This document shows, in pieces, positions 42,005-54,427 of a DNA stretch of 64,000 nt. How positions within the stretch are numbered: position 1 is the first letter of the stretch; each line of letters opens with the position of its first letter. Below the pieces are notes generated by a model. The model was not told where the DNA came from. It did not search any database and worked only from the letters and a program-made list of their open reading frames with translations. The stretch comes from Gemmatimonadota bacterium. GTDB taxonomy: Bacteria; Gemmatimonadota; Gemmatimonadetes; Gemmatimonadales; GWC2-71-9. The position numbers and the translations under genes were made by a program. The DNA lies in the NCBI GenBank assembly GCA_016704275.1, contig JADJAK010000005.1:235473-299472 (forward strand), given 5' to 3'.

Positions 42005-42672
42005 GCTGGACCCTCGCCCTCGTCCTCTCGCTCTGGAGCATCCTCGTCACTGTGGATCTCGTCTCCATGCCGCAGGGGCTGCTGGCCCGACCGCTGGTGG
42101 CGGGCACGGTCGCCGGGATGCTGGCAGGGGACACCACGGCCGGACTGCTGGTTGGGGCGGTGCTGGAGTTGTATGCGTTGGACGTGCTGCCGATCGGCGC
42201 CGCGCGCTATCCCGACTATGGAGCCGCCGCCGTCACCGCCGCCGCCGCCGCCGCGTTGACCCCCGCCGCCCCGACGCTGGCGGTGGCCGGGCTGCTCGGG
42301 TTGCCGTTGGCGATTCTCGGTGGCTGGACCCTCCACGTGCATCGTCGGCGCACGGCGAAGTCGATCCACCGTCGCCTGGAACGGGTGGCCGCAGGCGATG
42401 CGCGCGCGATCTGGGAATTGCAGCGCAACGGGCTCGCGCGCGACGGCCTTCGCGGCGTCTTCCTCGGGGCCGTCGGCCTCGGCGTGATCTCCCTCGCCTT
42501 GGCCTTCCCCTGGGATGCGTTCCCGCGGATGGGGCTCGTCGGCATGGCGACGGTCGCGGGCGGGATTGCCGCGTCGCTTGGCGGCGCATTGCGTAGTGGT
42601 GGCGCCGGCGCGCGTCGCCGCTGGCTTGCGGTCGGCCTGGCGACCGGACTCCTGCTGGTGCTCGGACGATGA
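42001..42672 (+). CDS. PTS mannose-family EIIC component
   Basis: GTG (GTGA overlap) within ORF 41740-42672. Polytopic, about 223 aa. Position between IIB and IID. Confidence 0.7.
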   Translation: MSWTLALVLSLWSILVTVDLVSMPQGLLARPLVAGTVAGMLAGDTTAGLLVGAVLELYALDVLPIGAARYPDYGAAAVTAAAAAALTPAAPTLAVAGLLGLPLAILGGWTLHVHRRRTAKSIHRRLERVAAGDARAIWELQRNGLARDGLRGVFLGAVGLGVISLALAFPWDAFPRMGLVGMATVAGGIAASLGGALRSGGAGARRRWLAVGLATGLLLVLGR

Positions 42673-43409
42673 CCCCGCGTCAGCAGGCCGTCATCCGACT
42701 GCTCGGCGTACAGGCCGCGTGGACCTATGAGCGGATGTCGGGGATCGGCGTCGGTCACGCCGCGACGCCGCTGCTGCGTCACTACCTCGCCGATGAACCA
42801 CCCGAGGTGCGTCGCGCCGCGGTGGCCCGGTCGGCCGAGTTCTTCAACTCGCATCCGTATCTCGCCGGTGTCGCGGTCGGTGCGGTGGTGCGCGCCGAGC
42901 GGGACCACGTCCCCGGCGAGACGATCATCCGACTGCGCACCGCGCTCTCCGGCCCGCTCGGCGCGATGGGCGATCAGCTCATCTGGGCCGGCGAGGTGCC
43001 GGCGTTGATCGGGTTCGCCCTGGCTGCGACGCCATGGCTCGGTGGCTATGCCGTGCTGGTGGCGGTCATCGCCCACAACATCCTGCGGCTCGCCCTGACC
43101 GTCTGGGGCCTCGATCTCGGCATGCGCGAGGGACTCGGCGTCGGCGGGGCGTTGCAGCGCTCGTGGCTGCCTGCCCGCGCCGATGATGCCCAGCGCCTCG
43201 CCGCCTTTGCCGTCGGACTCGGCATTCCGGTGGCCGGCATGTACCTGCTCCGTGAAGTCACCATCTCCCATACGCTGGCCATCGCCTCGATCGGCGTGGT
43301 CGGTGCGCTCCTCGCGATTGCGCCCGGGACTCGGTCCCGCGTCACCGGGCTCCGCCTCGGTCTGGCGCTTGTGGCAGTCGCGCTCCTCGTCGTCGGAGGT
43401 TTCCGGTGA
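42669..43409 (+). CDS. PTS mannose-family EIID component
   Basis: ..LLGVQAAWTYERMSGIGVGHA..FFNSHPYLAG.. 246 aa. Confidence 0.75.
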   Translation: MTPRQQAVIRLLGVQAAWTYERMSGIGVGHAATPLLRHYLADEPPEVRRAAVARSAEFFNSHPYLAGVAVGAVVRAERDHVPGETIIRLRTALSGPLGAMGDQLIWAGEVPALIGFALAATPWLGGYAVLVAVIAHNILRLALTVWGLDLGMREGLGVGGALQRSWLPARADDAQRLAAFAVGLGIPVAGMYLLREVTISHTLAIASIGVVGALLAIAPGTRSRVTGLRLGLALVAVALLVVGGFR

Positions 43410-43672
43410 TTGAACGCGAGGCCGTGATCGTGAATCCGCTGGGGATGCACGCTCGACCTGCTGCCCAGGTCGTGCGTCTCGCCGCGACCTTCGGGGCCGA
43501 AATCGAGCTGTCGTGTCAGGGCCAGTCCGTGAACGGCAAGAGCATCATGGGCGTGATGATGCTGGCCGCCGAGTGTGGCGCGGTGGTGCAGGTGCGCACG
43601 ACCGGCCCCGACGAGGAGGCCGCCATGACGGCCGTGCTCGCCCTCATCGCCGACGGCTTCGGGGAACGATGA
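43406..43672 (+). CDS. ptsH: Phosphocarrier protein HPr
   Basis: GMHARPA (His15) and NGKSIMGVMML (Ser46) are both present. 88 aa. Confidence 0.9.
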   Translation: MIEREAVIVNPLGMHARPAAQVVRLAATFGAEIELSCQGQSVNGKSIMGVMMLAAECGAVVQVRTTGPDEEAAMTAVLALIADGFGER

Positions 43673-45480
43673 GCGAGCGCGTGCTTCGCGGGGTCGGCGT
43701 CTCACCCGGGGTGGCCTTCGCCCCGGTCGTCGCGGTGCGCTGGTCGTTTCCGGAAGTGCCGGATCGCAATGTCCCGCCGGAGCAGCACGACGCGGAGATC
43801 GCGCGGCTGCACGAGGCGGTCGCCGCCGTGCTGGGGCAGCTCGCCCAGTTGCGGGATCGGACCGCCGTGCGCGCCGGCCCCGAAGAGGCGCGCATCTTCG
43901 ATGCACAGATGATGATGGTGCAGGACCCGACCTTCATCGCCAGTGTCGAAACGCTGATTCGCAAGAACAACCTCTCGGCCGAGACGGCCTACGAGTTCAA
44001 GGCGCTCGAACTGCGCAACGCCTGGCAGGGGTCACGCCAGGCGATGCTGCGCGATCGCCTCGCCGACCTCAACGCCATCCAGCTCCGGATGCTGGCCCAT
44101 CTGCTGGGTCGTGCCACCGATGAGGCGTGGCTGGGTGAGATCGACCAGCAGGTCGTGATCCTCGCGCGCGAGCTGTCGCCGGGGCTGACGGTACAGTTCG
44201 ATCGCGAGCACGTCGTCGGCTTCATCTGCGAAGAGGGCACGCGCACCTCGCACGCGGCGATCCTGGCGCACTCGCTGGGGATTCCCGCCGTGATGGGGGT
44301 GCCGCGCGCCCTCGACCGCATCGCCGAGGGGGCGATCGTCCTGCTCGACGGCCAGAGCGGCGTGATCATCATCGATCCCACCCATGACGAACTCGAGGTG
44401 GCCCGGCTGCAGACCTCGCGACGGCACAAGCTCGAGCTGCAACTCGAGGGGATCGCGTCGTCGCCGGCCGAGACACCGGATGGGGTCCGCATCAAGTTGC
44501 AGGGCAACGTTGACCTCCCCGAGGAAGTCGAGCCGGCACTGCGCCATGGTGCCGAAGGGGTCGGGTTGCTGCGCACCGAGTTCCTGGTCTCCGGCCGTGC
44601 CACCCTCCCGACCGAGGATGAGCAGACCGAGTACTACCGCCGGGTTGGTGCCGCCTTTGCCGGGCAGCCCGTCGTGGTGCGGAGCTATGACCTGGGGGGC
44701 GACAAGTTTCCCGCCGCCTTCGCCTCGCCGCAGGAGGCCAACCCCTTCCTCGGCTGGCGCTCGATCCGTGTCTGCCTCGACGAGCCGGGGCTGTTCCGGC
44801 CGCAGTTGCGGGCGATCCTGCGCGCCGCCGCCGATCGCGACCTCTGGCTGATGTTGCCGCTGGTCATCTCGCTCGATGAGGTGCTGGAGACACGGGCCAT
44901 CCTGGCCGAAGAGGCCGAATCGTTGCGTCGGGACGGCATTCGCGCCGCCGCGGATGTGCCGGTCGGTGTGATGATCGAGACGCCGGCCGCCGTCACGTTG
45001 GCGGCGGAGTTCGCCCAGGTCTCGGCGTTCCTCAGCGTCGGCAGCAACGATCTCACCCAGTACACGCTCGCCGTCGACCGGGGCAACGCCCGGCTGGCGG
45101 CCCGCTTCTCGCCGCTCCATCCGGCCGTCGTGCGGGCCCTGCGGCAGGTGCGTCTCGCCGCCGCCGCCGCCGGGATCCCCTCGTCGGTCTGCGGCGAGAT
45201 GGCCTCTGATCCGATCTCGGCCGTCCTGCTCCTCGGCCTCGGCTATGATCGGCTGTCGATTGCCCCGCCCTCGATCCCGCTGGTGAAGTGGGTGGTCCGG
45301 AGCATGCCAATGGCGGCGGCGCGGGAGGCGGCCGAGGCGGCCGCCGCGGCGACGACCACCGCCGCCGTCGAGACGATCCTTCGGGAGGCCGTGGGTCGCC
45401 ATTTGGATCTCCGGCTCGTCGACCCGGCCGGCGCGTTGCCGCACCCGTCGACGGGCACTAGCTTGCCGCGTTCCCCATGA
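43669..45480 (+). CDS. ptsI: Phosphoenolpyruvate-protein phosphotransferase (PTS Enzyme I)
   Basis: Internal ATG (ATGA overlap) of ORF 43513-45480. ..[19 protein letters not shown].. (phospho-His), ..GLLRTEFL.., ..[10 protein letters not shown].. Confidence 0.9.
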   Translation: MSERVLRGVGVSPGVAFAPVVAVRWSFPEVPDRNVPPEQHDAEIARLHEAVAAVLGQLAQLRDRTAVRAGPEEARIFDAQMMMVQDPTFIASVETLIRKNNLSAETAYEFKALELRNAWQGSRQAMLRDRLADLNAIQLRMLAHLLGRATDEAWLGEIDQQVVILARELSPGLTVQFDREHVVGFICEEGTRTSHAAILAHSLGIPAVMGVPRALDRIAEGAIVLLDGQSGVIIIDPTHDELEVARLQTSRRHKLELQLEGIASSPAETPDGVRIKLQGNVDLPEEVEPALRHGAEGVGLLRTEFLVSGRATLPTEDEQTEYYRRVGAAFAGQPVVVRSYDLGGDKFPAAFASPQEANPFLGWRSIRVCLDEPGLFRPQLRAILRAAADRDLWLMLPLVISLDEVLETRAILAEEAESLRRDGIRAAADVPVGVMIETPAAVTLAAEFAQVSAFLSVGSNDLTQYTLAVDRGNARLAARFSPLHPAVVRALRQVRLAAAAAGIPSSVCGEMASDPISAVLLLGLGYDRLSIAPPSIPLVKWVVRSMPMAAAREAAEAAAAATTTAAVETILREAVGRHLDLRLVDPAGALPHPSTGTSLPRSP

Positions 45481-45506
45481 GGTCTTCACTTCATTCGCGA
45501 GGCCCG

Positions 45507-48100
<2,594 letters not shown>

Positions 48101-48107
48101 GCAGGTG

Positions 48108-49223
48108 ATGTCACTGCTTGCCAGCGCCCTCGTGGCGATGGCCATCGGCGCGGCTGGCCCCGGAGGGATGGTGGCTGGCCGCGTCGTGCGTGTCGCCGCA
48201 CCCGGCGACACCGTCGCCGCCGCCGGTGCGATGGTCGTGCTGCACTACGTCACGCCAAGCAAGCAGGGGCCAGTCGACTCGCTGCGCGTCGGGGCGGACG
48301 GCCGGTTTCGCTTTGCCCAACCGGCAGACACCACCGCCATCCTGCTGATCTCGTCGCGCTGGGATGGTGTGCAGTACTTCTCCACGCCGATCGGCAGCGC
48401 GCATGGCCAGCGAGACTCACTCGTCACGCTGGTGGTGTCCGACAGCGCCTCCTCGGCGCCGATTGCGCTGGCCGCGCGTCATCTCGTGATCAGCGCTCCG
48501 GCCGCCGACGGTACCCGCAGCGCCGTGGACCTGCTCATCCTGGCGAACGACGGCTACCAGACGCGCGTGCCACCGGACCTCTCCGCTGCTTCGTGGCGCT
48601 TCCTGATGCCGAAGACCGCGGTCAACCTCGTGCTGGGCGAGTCCGACTTCGCAGAGGAGGCGGTGCAGTTCCACGGCGACACGCTCGAGCTGCATGCAGC
48701 GGTGCCACCCGGGCAACGACAGCTGCTGGTGCACTATCAGATTCCACCGGCGACGCGCGCGCTCAGCGTGCCGTGGGCCGAGGGGACACCGGTCGTCAAT
48801 GTCCTGCTCGAAGAGGCGGCCGCGACGGCGGGCGCACCGCTCGCGCGCGCCGATACGACCACGGTCGACGGCCGCCACTACACGCGATGGACCGGCGCCA
48901 TGGTGGCTCCCGGGGCGATCCAGCTGCGCTTTGGCGGCGATGGACAGCTGCCAGGCTGGGTAGCCGAGGCCGTGGCGGGGTGTTTCGCCGTGGGGCTCAT
49001 CGTGATGGCACTGCTGAGTGGACGCCGCGCGACCCGGCCACGGCGGCCGTCTGCGGTCACCGCGACGGTTTCGTCACCCGTCGACGAACTCCTCGACGCC
49101 ATTGCCCGGCTTGATGCCGCGCATGCAGGGGGTGAAGCGGCTCACGACGCTGCGGAATGGCACCAGTATCAGTCAGCGCGCGCCGCATTGAAGGAGCAGG
49201 TGCGCACGCTCTTGCCGCCCTGA
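48108..49223 (+). CDS. Hypothetical protein with carboxypeptidase-regulatory-like N-terminal beta domain and a C-terminal TM anchor
   Basis: Internal ATG of ORF 48033-49223. ..VAGRVVRVAAPGDTVAAAGAMVVL..DGRFRF.. and TM segment AVAGCFAVGLIVMALL followed by basic residues. Confidence 0.5.
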   Translation: MSLLASALVAMAIGAAGPGGMVAGRVVRVAAPGDTVAAAGAMVVLHYVTPSKQGPVDSLRVGADGRFRFAQPADTTAILLISSRWDGVQYFSTPIGSAHGQRDSLVTLVVSDSASSAPIALAARHLVISAPAADGTRSAVDLLILANDGYQTRVPPDLSAASWRFLMPKTAVNLVLGESDFAEEAVQFHGDTLELHAAVPPGQRQLLVHYQIPPATRALSVPWAEGTPVVNVLLEEAAATAGAPLARADTTTVDGRHYTRWTGAMVAPGAIQLRFGGDGQLPGWVAEAVAGCFAVGLIVMALLSGRRATRPRRPSAVTATVSSPVDELLDAIARLDAAHAGGEAAHDAAEWHQYQSARAALKEQVRTLLPP

Positions 49224-49231
49224 TTCCGCGA

Positions 49232-49410
49232 CGGTAGTTTGAGGCACAATTGAAGACCAGCGAATGGGGCAGCTCGGAAGTCCGGTGAAATGCCGGCGCG
49301 GCCCCGCCACTGTAACGGGCAGCAGTAAGACGTCGTTCATTGCGCCACTGGGGTAGTACCCCCGGGAAGGCGAACGACGAGCCCGGAGCCAGGAGACCTC
49401 TCCGTTCGCG
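49232..49410 (+). promoter_or_regulatory. Cobalamin (B12) riboswitch
   Basis: Conserved core ..GGAAgtccGGTGAAAtgCCggcgCGGcCCCGCCACTGtaac.. and B12 box ..AGCCAGGAGACCT.. in the 220-nt leader of the FecCD/ABC/TonB operon. Boundaries are approximate. Confidence 0.85.
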
Positions 49411-49516
49411 CCACCAATAAACCCTCGGGGGAGGGGATGGTGGCGTGGTCGTGGAAGTCCGCGGAGCCGTGCGTCCGCGCCCATCTGCGTCTCACGTCCC
49501 GCCCGTCCTCGACCCC

Positions 49517-50533
49517 ATGTCGGAGACGGGCCTTTTCGTGACTCCACGCGCCGCTCACCGTTTGCGCCACGCCCTCCCCGCACTCGCGGTGAGTGCGCTC
49601 GGCGTGATGGTGGCGGCGCTCTTCGTCGGCCCGGTCCTCCTCGCACCAGGCACGGTCCTGGCCGCACTTCGGGACGGGGCGGGGCAGGACGGTGCCATCA
49701 TCCGGTCGCTGCGCTTGCCGCGCATCGTGCTGGCGTTCGGCGTCGGCGGCACGCTCGCGGCCTGTGGCGCCGCACTGCAGGCGATGGTGCGGAATCCCCT
49801 CGCCGAACCGTGGCTCCTCGGCCTCTCGGGTGGCGCGGCGCTCGGCGCGGTGATCGGCGTGGTGGCGGGCCTGCCGGCCGGCTGGAGTGTGTCCGCCAGT
49901 GCCACGATCGGCGCGCTCTCGGCCGTCGCCCTCGTCTATCGCATCACCGCCGTGGCCGGGCGTCGCCTCGATCCGCGAGTCCTCCTCCTTGCCGGTGTGG
50001 TGGTGTCCGCCTTCGCCGGCGCCGTCACCACCGCACTCCTCGCCGTGGCCGATCCCTTCGCCTTCCGCGCGGCGACGGTCTGGCTCTTCGGTGGCTTTGC
50101 CGGCGCGTCGTGGGACGCGGTGCTCCGCTTCGCGGTGATCGCGACCCCTCTGCTCGGCCTGCTCTGGTGGCTTGCTCGTGCGCTCGATCTCCTGGCCCTC
50201 GGCGAGGACACGGCGGCGATGCTGGGCGCCGATGTCGATCGCACGAGGCGCCTGGTCATCCTCACCACTTCGATCCTGACGGCGACCACGGTCAGTGTCG
50301 CCGGGACGATCGGCTTCGTGGGGCTGGTGGTGCCGCACGCCCTCCGCGGCCTGGTCGGCCCGTTGCACCGGCGCTTGTTGCCCGCCGTCTTTCTCGCCGG
50401 CGGCGCCTTCACCGTGCTGGCCGATGCCGTGGCGCGGACCGTCGTGCGGCCGGCGGAACTGCCGGTCGGCGTGATCACGGCGCTGGTCGGCGTGCCGCTC
50501 TTCGCGGTGTTGTTGCGACGGAGTCTGGCATGA
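49517..50533 (+). CDS. FecCD-family ABC permease (BtuC-like). Start uncertain: GTG 49445 or ATG 49517
   Basis: ..LRLPRIVLAFGVGGTLAACGAALQAMVRNPLAEPWLLGLSGGAAL.. typical of BtuC/FecCD. Confidence 0.85.
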   Translation: MSETGLFVTPRAAHRLRHALPALAVSALGVMVAALFVGPVLLAPGTVLAALRDGAGQDGAIIRSLRLPRIVLAFGVGGTLAACGAALQAMVRNPLAEPWLLGLSGGAALGAVIGVVAGLPAGWSVSASATIGALSAVALVYRITAVAGRRLDPRVLLLAGVVVSAFAGAVTTALLAVADPFAFRAATVWLFGGFAGASWDAVLRFAVIATPLLGLLWWLARALDLLALGEDTAAMLGADVDRTRRLVILTTSILTATTVSVAGTIGFVGLVVPHALRGLVGPLHRRLLPAVFLAGGAFTVLADAVARTVVRPAELPVGVITALVGVPLFAVLLRRSLA

Positions 50534-51363
50534 AGCTCCAGGCCGATGCGCTCACCGTCCGATATCCTGGCGTCGCCACGGCGGCACTCGACGCCGTCTC
50601 GCTGACGCTGCAGCCCGGCGAAATCGTCGGCGTGGTCGGTCCCAATGGGAGCGGCAAGTCGACCTTGCTGCGTGCCTTGCTGGGGCTGCTGCCGCTGCAC
50701 GCGGGAACGGTCGACCTCGACGGCCGCGCCATCGCGACCTGGTCGCGACGCGAGCTGGCCGAAGTGGTCGGCGCGTTGCCGCAGCGCGAGGAGTCGACCT
50801 TTCCGCTCACCGTGCTGGAGTCCGTGCTGCTCGGCCGCTGGTCGCGGCTCGGCCCGGTGGCGCCGGTGGCGGACGCCGATCATGCCGCCGTCGCCGCGAC
50901 GCTCCGCCGCTGCGACGTCTCGGGACTCGAAGACCGTCGAGTCGACACGCTGTCCGGCGGCGAATGGCAGCGGGTGCGCGTGGCGCGCGCGCTCGTCGCC
51001 TCGCCGCGGCTGCTCCTGCTCGACGAGCCGACCGCCGCCCTCGACGTCGGGCACGAAATGGAACTGTTCGAATTGCTCCGCCGACTCGCCACCGAAGGGC
51101 TCGGCGTGCTCGTCATCACACACCAACTCAACCTCGCCGCCCGCTTCGCCGATCGCCTGATCCTCCTCGACCGTGGACGCACGGTCGCCGAGGGTCGGCC
51201 GCCCGAGGTCCTGCGCGAGGACGTGGTCTCCGCCGTCTTCGGCTGGCCGGTCGCCGTCACCTCGTGGTGCGACGGTGCCCCGCAAGTCGTCCCATTGCGA
51301 CGCGCCGAAGCCGCCGAGAGCGGCCGGGCGCTTCCCCCTTTGCGAGAGGATCCTGCTCCATGA
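50530..51363 (+). CDS. ABC transporter ATP-binding protein (BtuD/FecE-like)
   Basis: Internal ATG (ATGA overlap) of ORF 49810-51363. Walker A GPNGSGKST, signature LSGGEWQR, Walker B LLLLDEP. Confidence 0.9.
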   Translation: MKLQADALTVRYPGVATAALDAVSLTLQPGEIVGVVGPNGSGKSTLLRALLGLLPLHAGTVDLDGRAIATWSRRELAEVVGALPQREESTFPLTVLESVLLGRWSRLGPVAPVADADHAAVAATLRRCDVSGLEDRRVDTLSGGEWQRVRVARALVASPRLLLLDEPTAALDVGHEMELFELLRRLATEGLGVLVITHQLNLAARFADRLILLDRGRTVAEGRPPEVLREDVVSAVFGWPVAVTSWCDGAPQVVPLRRAEAAESGRALPPLREDPAP

Positions 51364-53330
51364 AGTCTCTGGTGTGCCGGGCGTTCTCCGGCCTGTTCGG
51401 CTGTCTGGTCGCCGTGTCGACGGCGAGTGCCCAGCGCGTGGTGCGTGACACCGCCGCGTTGGCCGATCTGGTCGTCACCGCGACACGGCTGCCGACCGCG
51501 GCGCCCGTCGCGGCGGCGACGACCGTCCTGCGTGGTGACGATCTGCGCGCGCGCGGCGTGCGCCTGGTGCAGGATGCCCTGCGTGAGGTCCCCGGCGTCG
51601 CGATCGTGCAGAACGGCTCGTACGGCGCGGTCACGTCGCTCTTTCTGCGCGGCGGCGAGAGCGACTACGTCAAGGTGCTCCTCGACGGGGTGCCGCTCAA
51701 CGCGCCCGGCGGATCGCTCAACCTCGCCGATCTCACGACCGACGACATCGACCGGATCGAAGTGGTACGCGGGCCCGTCTCGGTGCTCTACGGTGCCGAT
51801 GCGATGAGCGGCGTCATCCAGCTCTTCACGCGCCACGGGTCGGCACGGCGCAGTGGGTCGCTCGGGGTGCGCGGCGGGACGTTCGGCGCGCGCGACTGGA
51901 ACGCGCGCATTGCGGGTGGCGGTGCGCAGACCGGCCTCTCGCTGTCGGGATCACGGTTCGCGAGTGACGGCATCTATCCGTTCAACAGCCGCTATGACAA
52001 TCGGGTCGGGTCGGCGCGGCTCGATTGGCGTGCCAGCAACGGCGGCACCGTGGCGCTGACCGCACGGGGTGGCGATGTCTCGGCCGGGTATCCCACCGAC
52101 TTTGCCGGGGTCCCCGTCGATCGGAATCAGCGCACCACGGAGCGGCGCCTCTCCCTCGGCGCCGAGGCGAGTGCCCCGCTCGGTCAACTCCTCACCGGGA
52201 CGCTGCAAGGATTCGCGTCGCGACTCCGCGCCGGCGCCACCAATCGTTCCGATACCCCGGCGGACACCCTCGGGTATGGCTTCGACAGCGATCGCAGCGC
52301 AGTCACGTGGCGGCGAGGGATCGACGCACGCCTTGATTGGCGTCGGCTGCCGCAGGCGACGCTGTCGATCGGTGGCGGCGTGGAGCGGGAGGAGATCACC
52401 TCCACTGGCCGCACTCGGCAGAACTATGGGAGTGGCGCATTCGACGAGGCGACCGATTTCGCAGCCGACCGGAGCACTCGTCACGCGTATGCCCAGATGC
52501 TGGCAACACCGCACCGAAATGTCTCGATCCAGCTGGGGTCGCGCCTCGACGACAACTCCGCGTTCGGGAGCTTCTCCACGTGGCGCGCTGGTGCCTCCTG
52601 GCAGCTCCGTGCAGGGACTCGCGTGTGGGGCGCAGTGGGCACGGCCTTCAAGGCACCGACCTTTGCCGAACTGTTCGCCACCGATCCCTATGAAGTTGGC
52701 AATCCTGGGCTGGCACCCGAGCGGACCCGGAATGCAGAGGTCGCGGTGGCCCAACAGCTGAGCGGTCGCGCGACGATCGAGGTCACCGCCTTTGACCAGC
52801 GCTTCCGGCAGCTGATCCAGTACGTGGGCGCCGCACCGGGGCAGCCGACGTATGTGAACCTTGGCGCGGCACGGAGTCGAGGCATCGAGGCCTCGATGGT
52901 GGTCCGGGCCGAGGGAGGGCTCACCCTCCGCGGGCACTGGACCCGGCTCGCCACGGAAGTCTCCGACAGTGGCTCGGCATCGTCCCTGACCTTCCAGCAG
53001 GGCGCGCGGCTGCTCCGCCGCCCGCCGACGAGTGGCGGGGTCACCGCGACGCTGCAGCGGGCCGGGGTGACCCTGGGTGGCAGCCTGACCTACGTCGGGG
53101 AGCGGGACGACGTCGATTACCGGGATTTCCCCGCGACCCGGACCGCATTACCCTCCTACACCACCGTGGACCTCTCCCTTGAGCTCCCGGTCCGGCGCGC
53201 AGGGGCAGGTTCTCCCGGCGCCGCACTTACCTTCCGGGGCGAAAACCTGTTCGATGCGGCCTACGATCAGGTGGTCGGTTTCCCCGGTCGCGGGCGCACC
53301 CTCTTTGTGGGGGCCCAGCTCCGCTATTGA
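51360..53330 (+). CDS. TonB-dependent outer-membrane receptor (BtuB-like by context)
   Basis: Internal ATG of ORF 50964-53330. Signal peptide, TonB box DLVVTATR, plug motifs ..VAIVQNGSYGAVTSLFLRGGESDYVKVLLDGVPLN.., C-terminal ..FVGAQLRY*. Confidence 0.9.
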   Translation: MKSLVCRAFSGLFGCLVAVSTASAQRVVRDTAALADLVVTATRLPTAAPVAAATTVLRGDDLRARGVRLVQDALREVPGVAIVQNGSYGAVTSLFLRGGESDYVKVLLDGVPLNAPGGSLNLADLTTDDIDRIEVVRGPVSVLYGADAMSGVIQLFTRHGSARRSGSLGVRGGTFGARDWNARIAGGGAQTGLSLSGSRFASDGIYPFNSRYDNRVGSARLDWRASNGGTVALTARGGDVSAGYPTDFAGVPVDRNQRTTERRLSLGAEASAPLGQLLTGTLQGFASRLRAGATNRSDTPADTLGYGFDSDRSAVTWRRGIDARLDWRRLPQATLSIGGGVEREEITSTGRTRQNYGSGAFDEATDFAADRSTRHAYAQMLATPHRNVSIQLGSRLDDNSAFGSFSTWRAGASWQLRAGTRVWGAVGTAFKAPTFAELFATDPYEVGNPGLAPERTRNAEVAVAQQLSGRATIEVTAFDQRFRQLIQYVGAAPGQPTYVNLGAARSRGIEASMVVRAEGGLTLRGHWTRLATEVSDSGSASSLTFQQGARLLRRPPTSGGVTATLQRAGVTLGGSLTYVGERDDVDYRDFPATRTALPSYTTVDLSLELPVRRAGAGSPGAALTFRGENLFDAAYDQVVGFPGRGRTLFVGAQLRY

Positions 53331-53334
53331 TGTC

Positions 53335-54423
53335 ATGAGGAATGTGACCATGCGCTTTCGGCCTGCCACCCTGTTGCTTGCGAGTTGCCTCGGCGCGTGC
53401 GCGGCGACCACGGGGCCGACGTCGCTCCCCACCGAGGTCCTGGTGGTGCTCGATCAGCAGGAGCGCGCCCTCAGGCTGGTGGCTGTCGATTCGACGGCCA
53501 CCACGGTCACCATTCCGCTGGGCACCACGGTGGGATCCCCGACCACTCTGGCGGTGCGGGGGACCAAGGCCGCCGTCGGCATGAACGCGGGCGGCCTGAT
53601 TCTGATCGTCGATCTCGTCACGCACCAGGTCGTTGCCCAGATCGTCACCTCGCTTGGCGACAACTCGCCGATCGCGTCGATTGCCTTCTCCGAGGAAGGG
53701 GATGGCTACGCCGCCTCGCCGGTCGCCAATCTGGTGACCCGATTCACCACCGCGGGTGCGGCGGAGCAGATCAATGGACTGACGCAGGGGCCGCAGGCCT
53801 TCGGCATGGCACGCGGCCGCGTCTTCTTCGTCAACGGCAACCGACTCGGCTGTTATCCGGTCCAGGTCAGCTGCGCCAACAACGCCAGCTGGCTTGCCCC
53901 GTTCGAGCGCGGGAAGAATCCGCTCGACTCCATCCCGCTCATCGGTCCGGGCAACGCGGTCGCCGCCGTCACGTCCAGCGACGGCCTCCTCTATGTGCTC
54001 AACGCCGGCAACGGTGGCACGGTCGAGGGTCGCCTCTCGGCGGTCGATCCGGTCCGTCAGCGCGAAGTGGCCTCGTATGGAGGTCTCGGTGTGGCACCGA
54101 CCTACATGGTCTCGGATGGTGGCGATCGCCTCCTGATCGCGAGCGCGGCTGAGGGACTGATGGTCTTCAACACGCGGACGCGGGAGCTCGAGCGCGGCGC
54201 AGGATCGGGAATTCCATTGCTGCAGCCGCGCGGCCTCGCCAGCGACGGCCTGGGCCGCAGCTACGTGGTCGAAGCGGGGAGTTGCACTGTCGCCGGCGGC
54301 GCCGGCCGAGTGCGCGTCTTCGGCTCCGACCTGGTCGAACGCCGCACCATCGCCACCGGCGTCTGTCCGGTGGCCGCCGCTATCACCGAGATCCAGGCCG
54401 ACCTCTTCCCACCGCTGAACTGA
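53335..54423 (+). CDS. Lipoprotein of unknown function with repeated beta-strand modules (possible beta-propeller), last gene of the B12-riboswitch operon
   Basis: Internal ATG of ORF 53179-54423. Signal/lipobox ..LLLASCLGAC.. Recurring motifs such as LRLVAVD, LILIVDL, IASIAFSEEGDGYAA, RVFFVNGN, LLYVLNAGNG, RLLIASAAEGLMVFN, SYVVEAGSC. Confidence 0.55.
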   Translation: MRNVTMRFRPATLLLASCLGACAATTGPTSLPTEVLVVLDQQERALRLVAVDSTATTVTIPLGTTVGSPTTLAVRGTKAAVGMNAGGLILIVDLVTHQVVAQIVTSLGDNSPIASIAFSEEGDGYAASPVANLVTRFTTAGAAEQINGLTQGPQAFGMARGRVFFVNGNRLGCYPVQVSCANNASWLAPFERGKNPLDSIPLIGPGNAVAAVTSSDGLLYVLNAGNGGTVEGRLSAVDPVRQREVASYGGLGVAPTYMVSDGGDRLLIASAAEGLMVFNTRTRELERGAGSGIPLLQPRGLASDGLGRSYVVEAGSCTVAGGAGRVRVFGSDLVERRTIATGVCPVAAAITEIQADLFPPLN

Positions 54424-54427
54424 GCCG

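Noticed and set aside
45481-45506. Expected SAM riboswitch upstream of metK.
   Set aside because: The ptsI-metK spacer is only about 26 nt, and no aptamer-like sequence is present.
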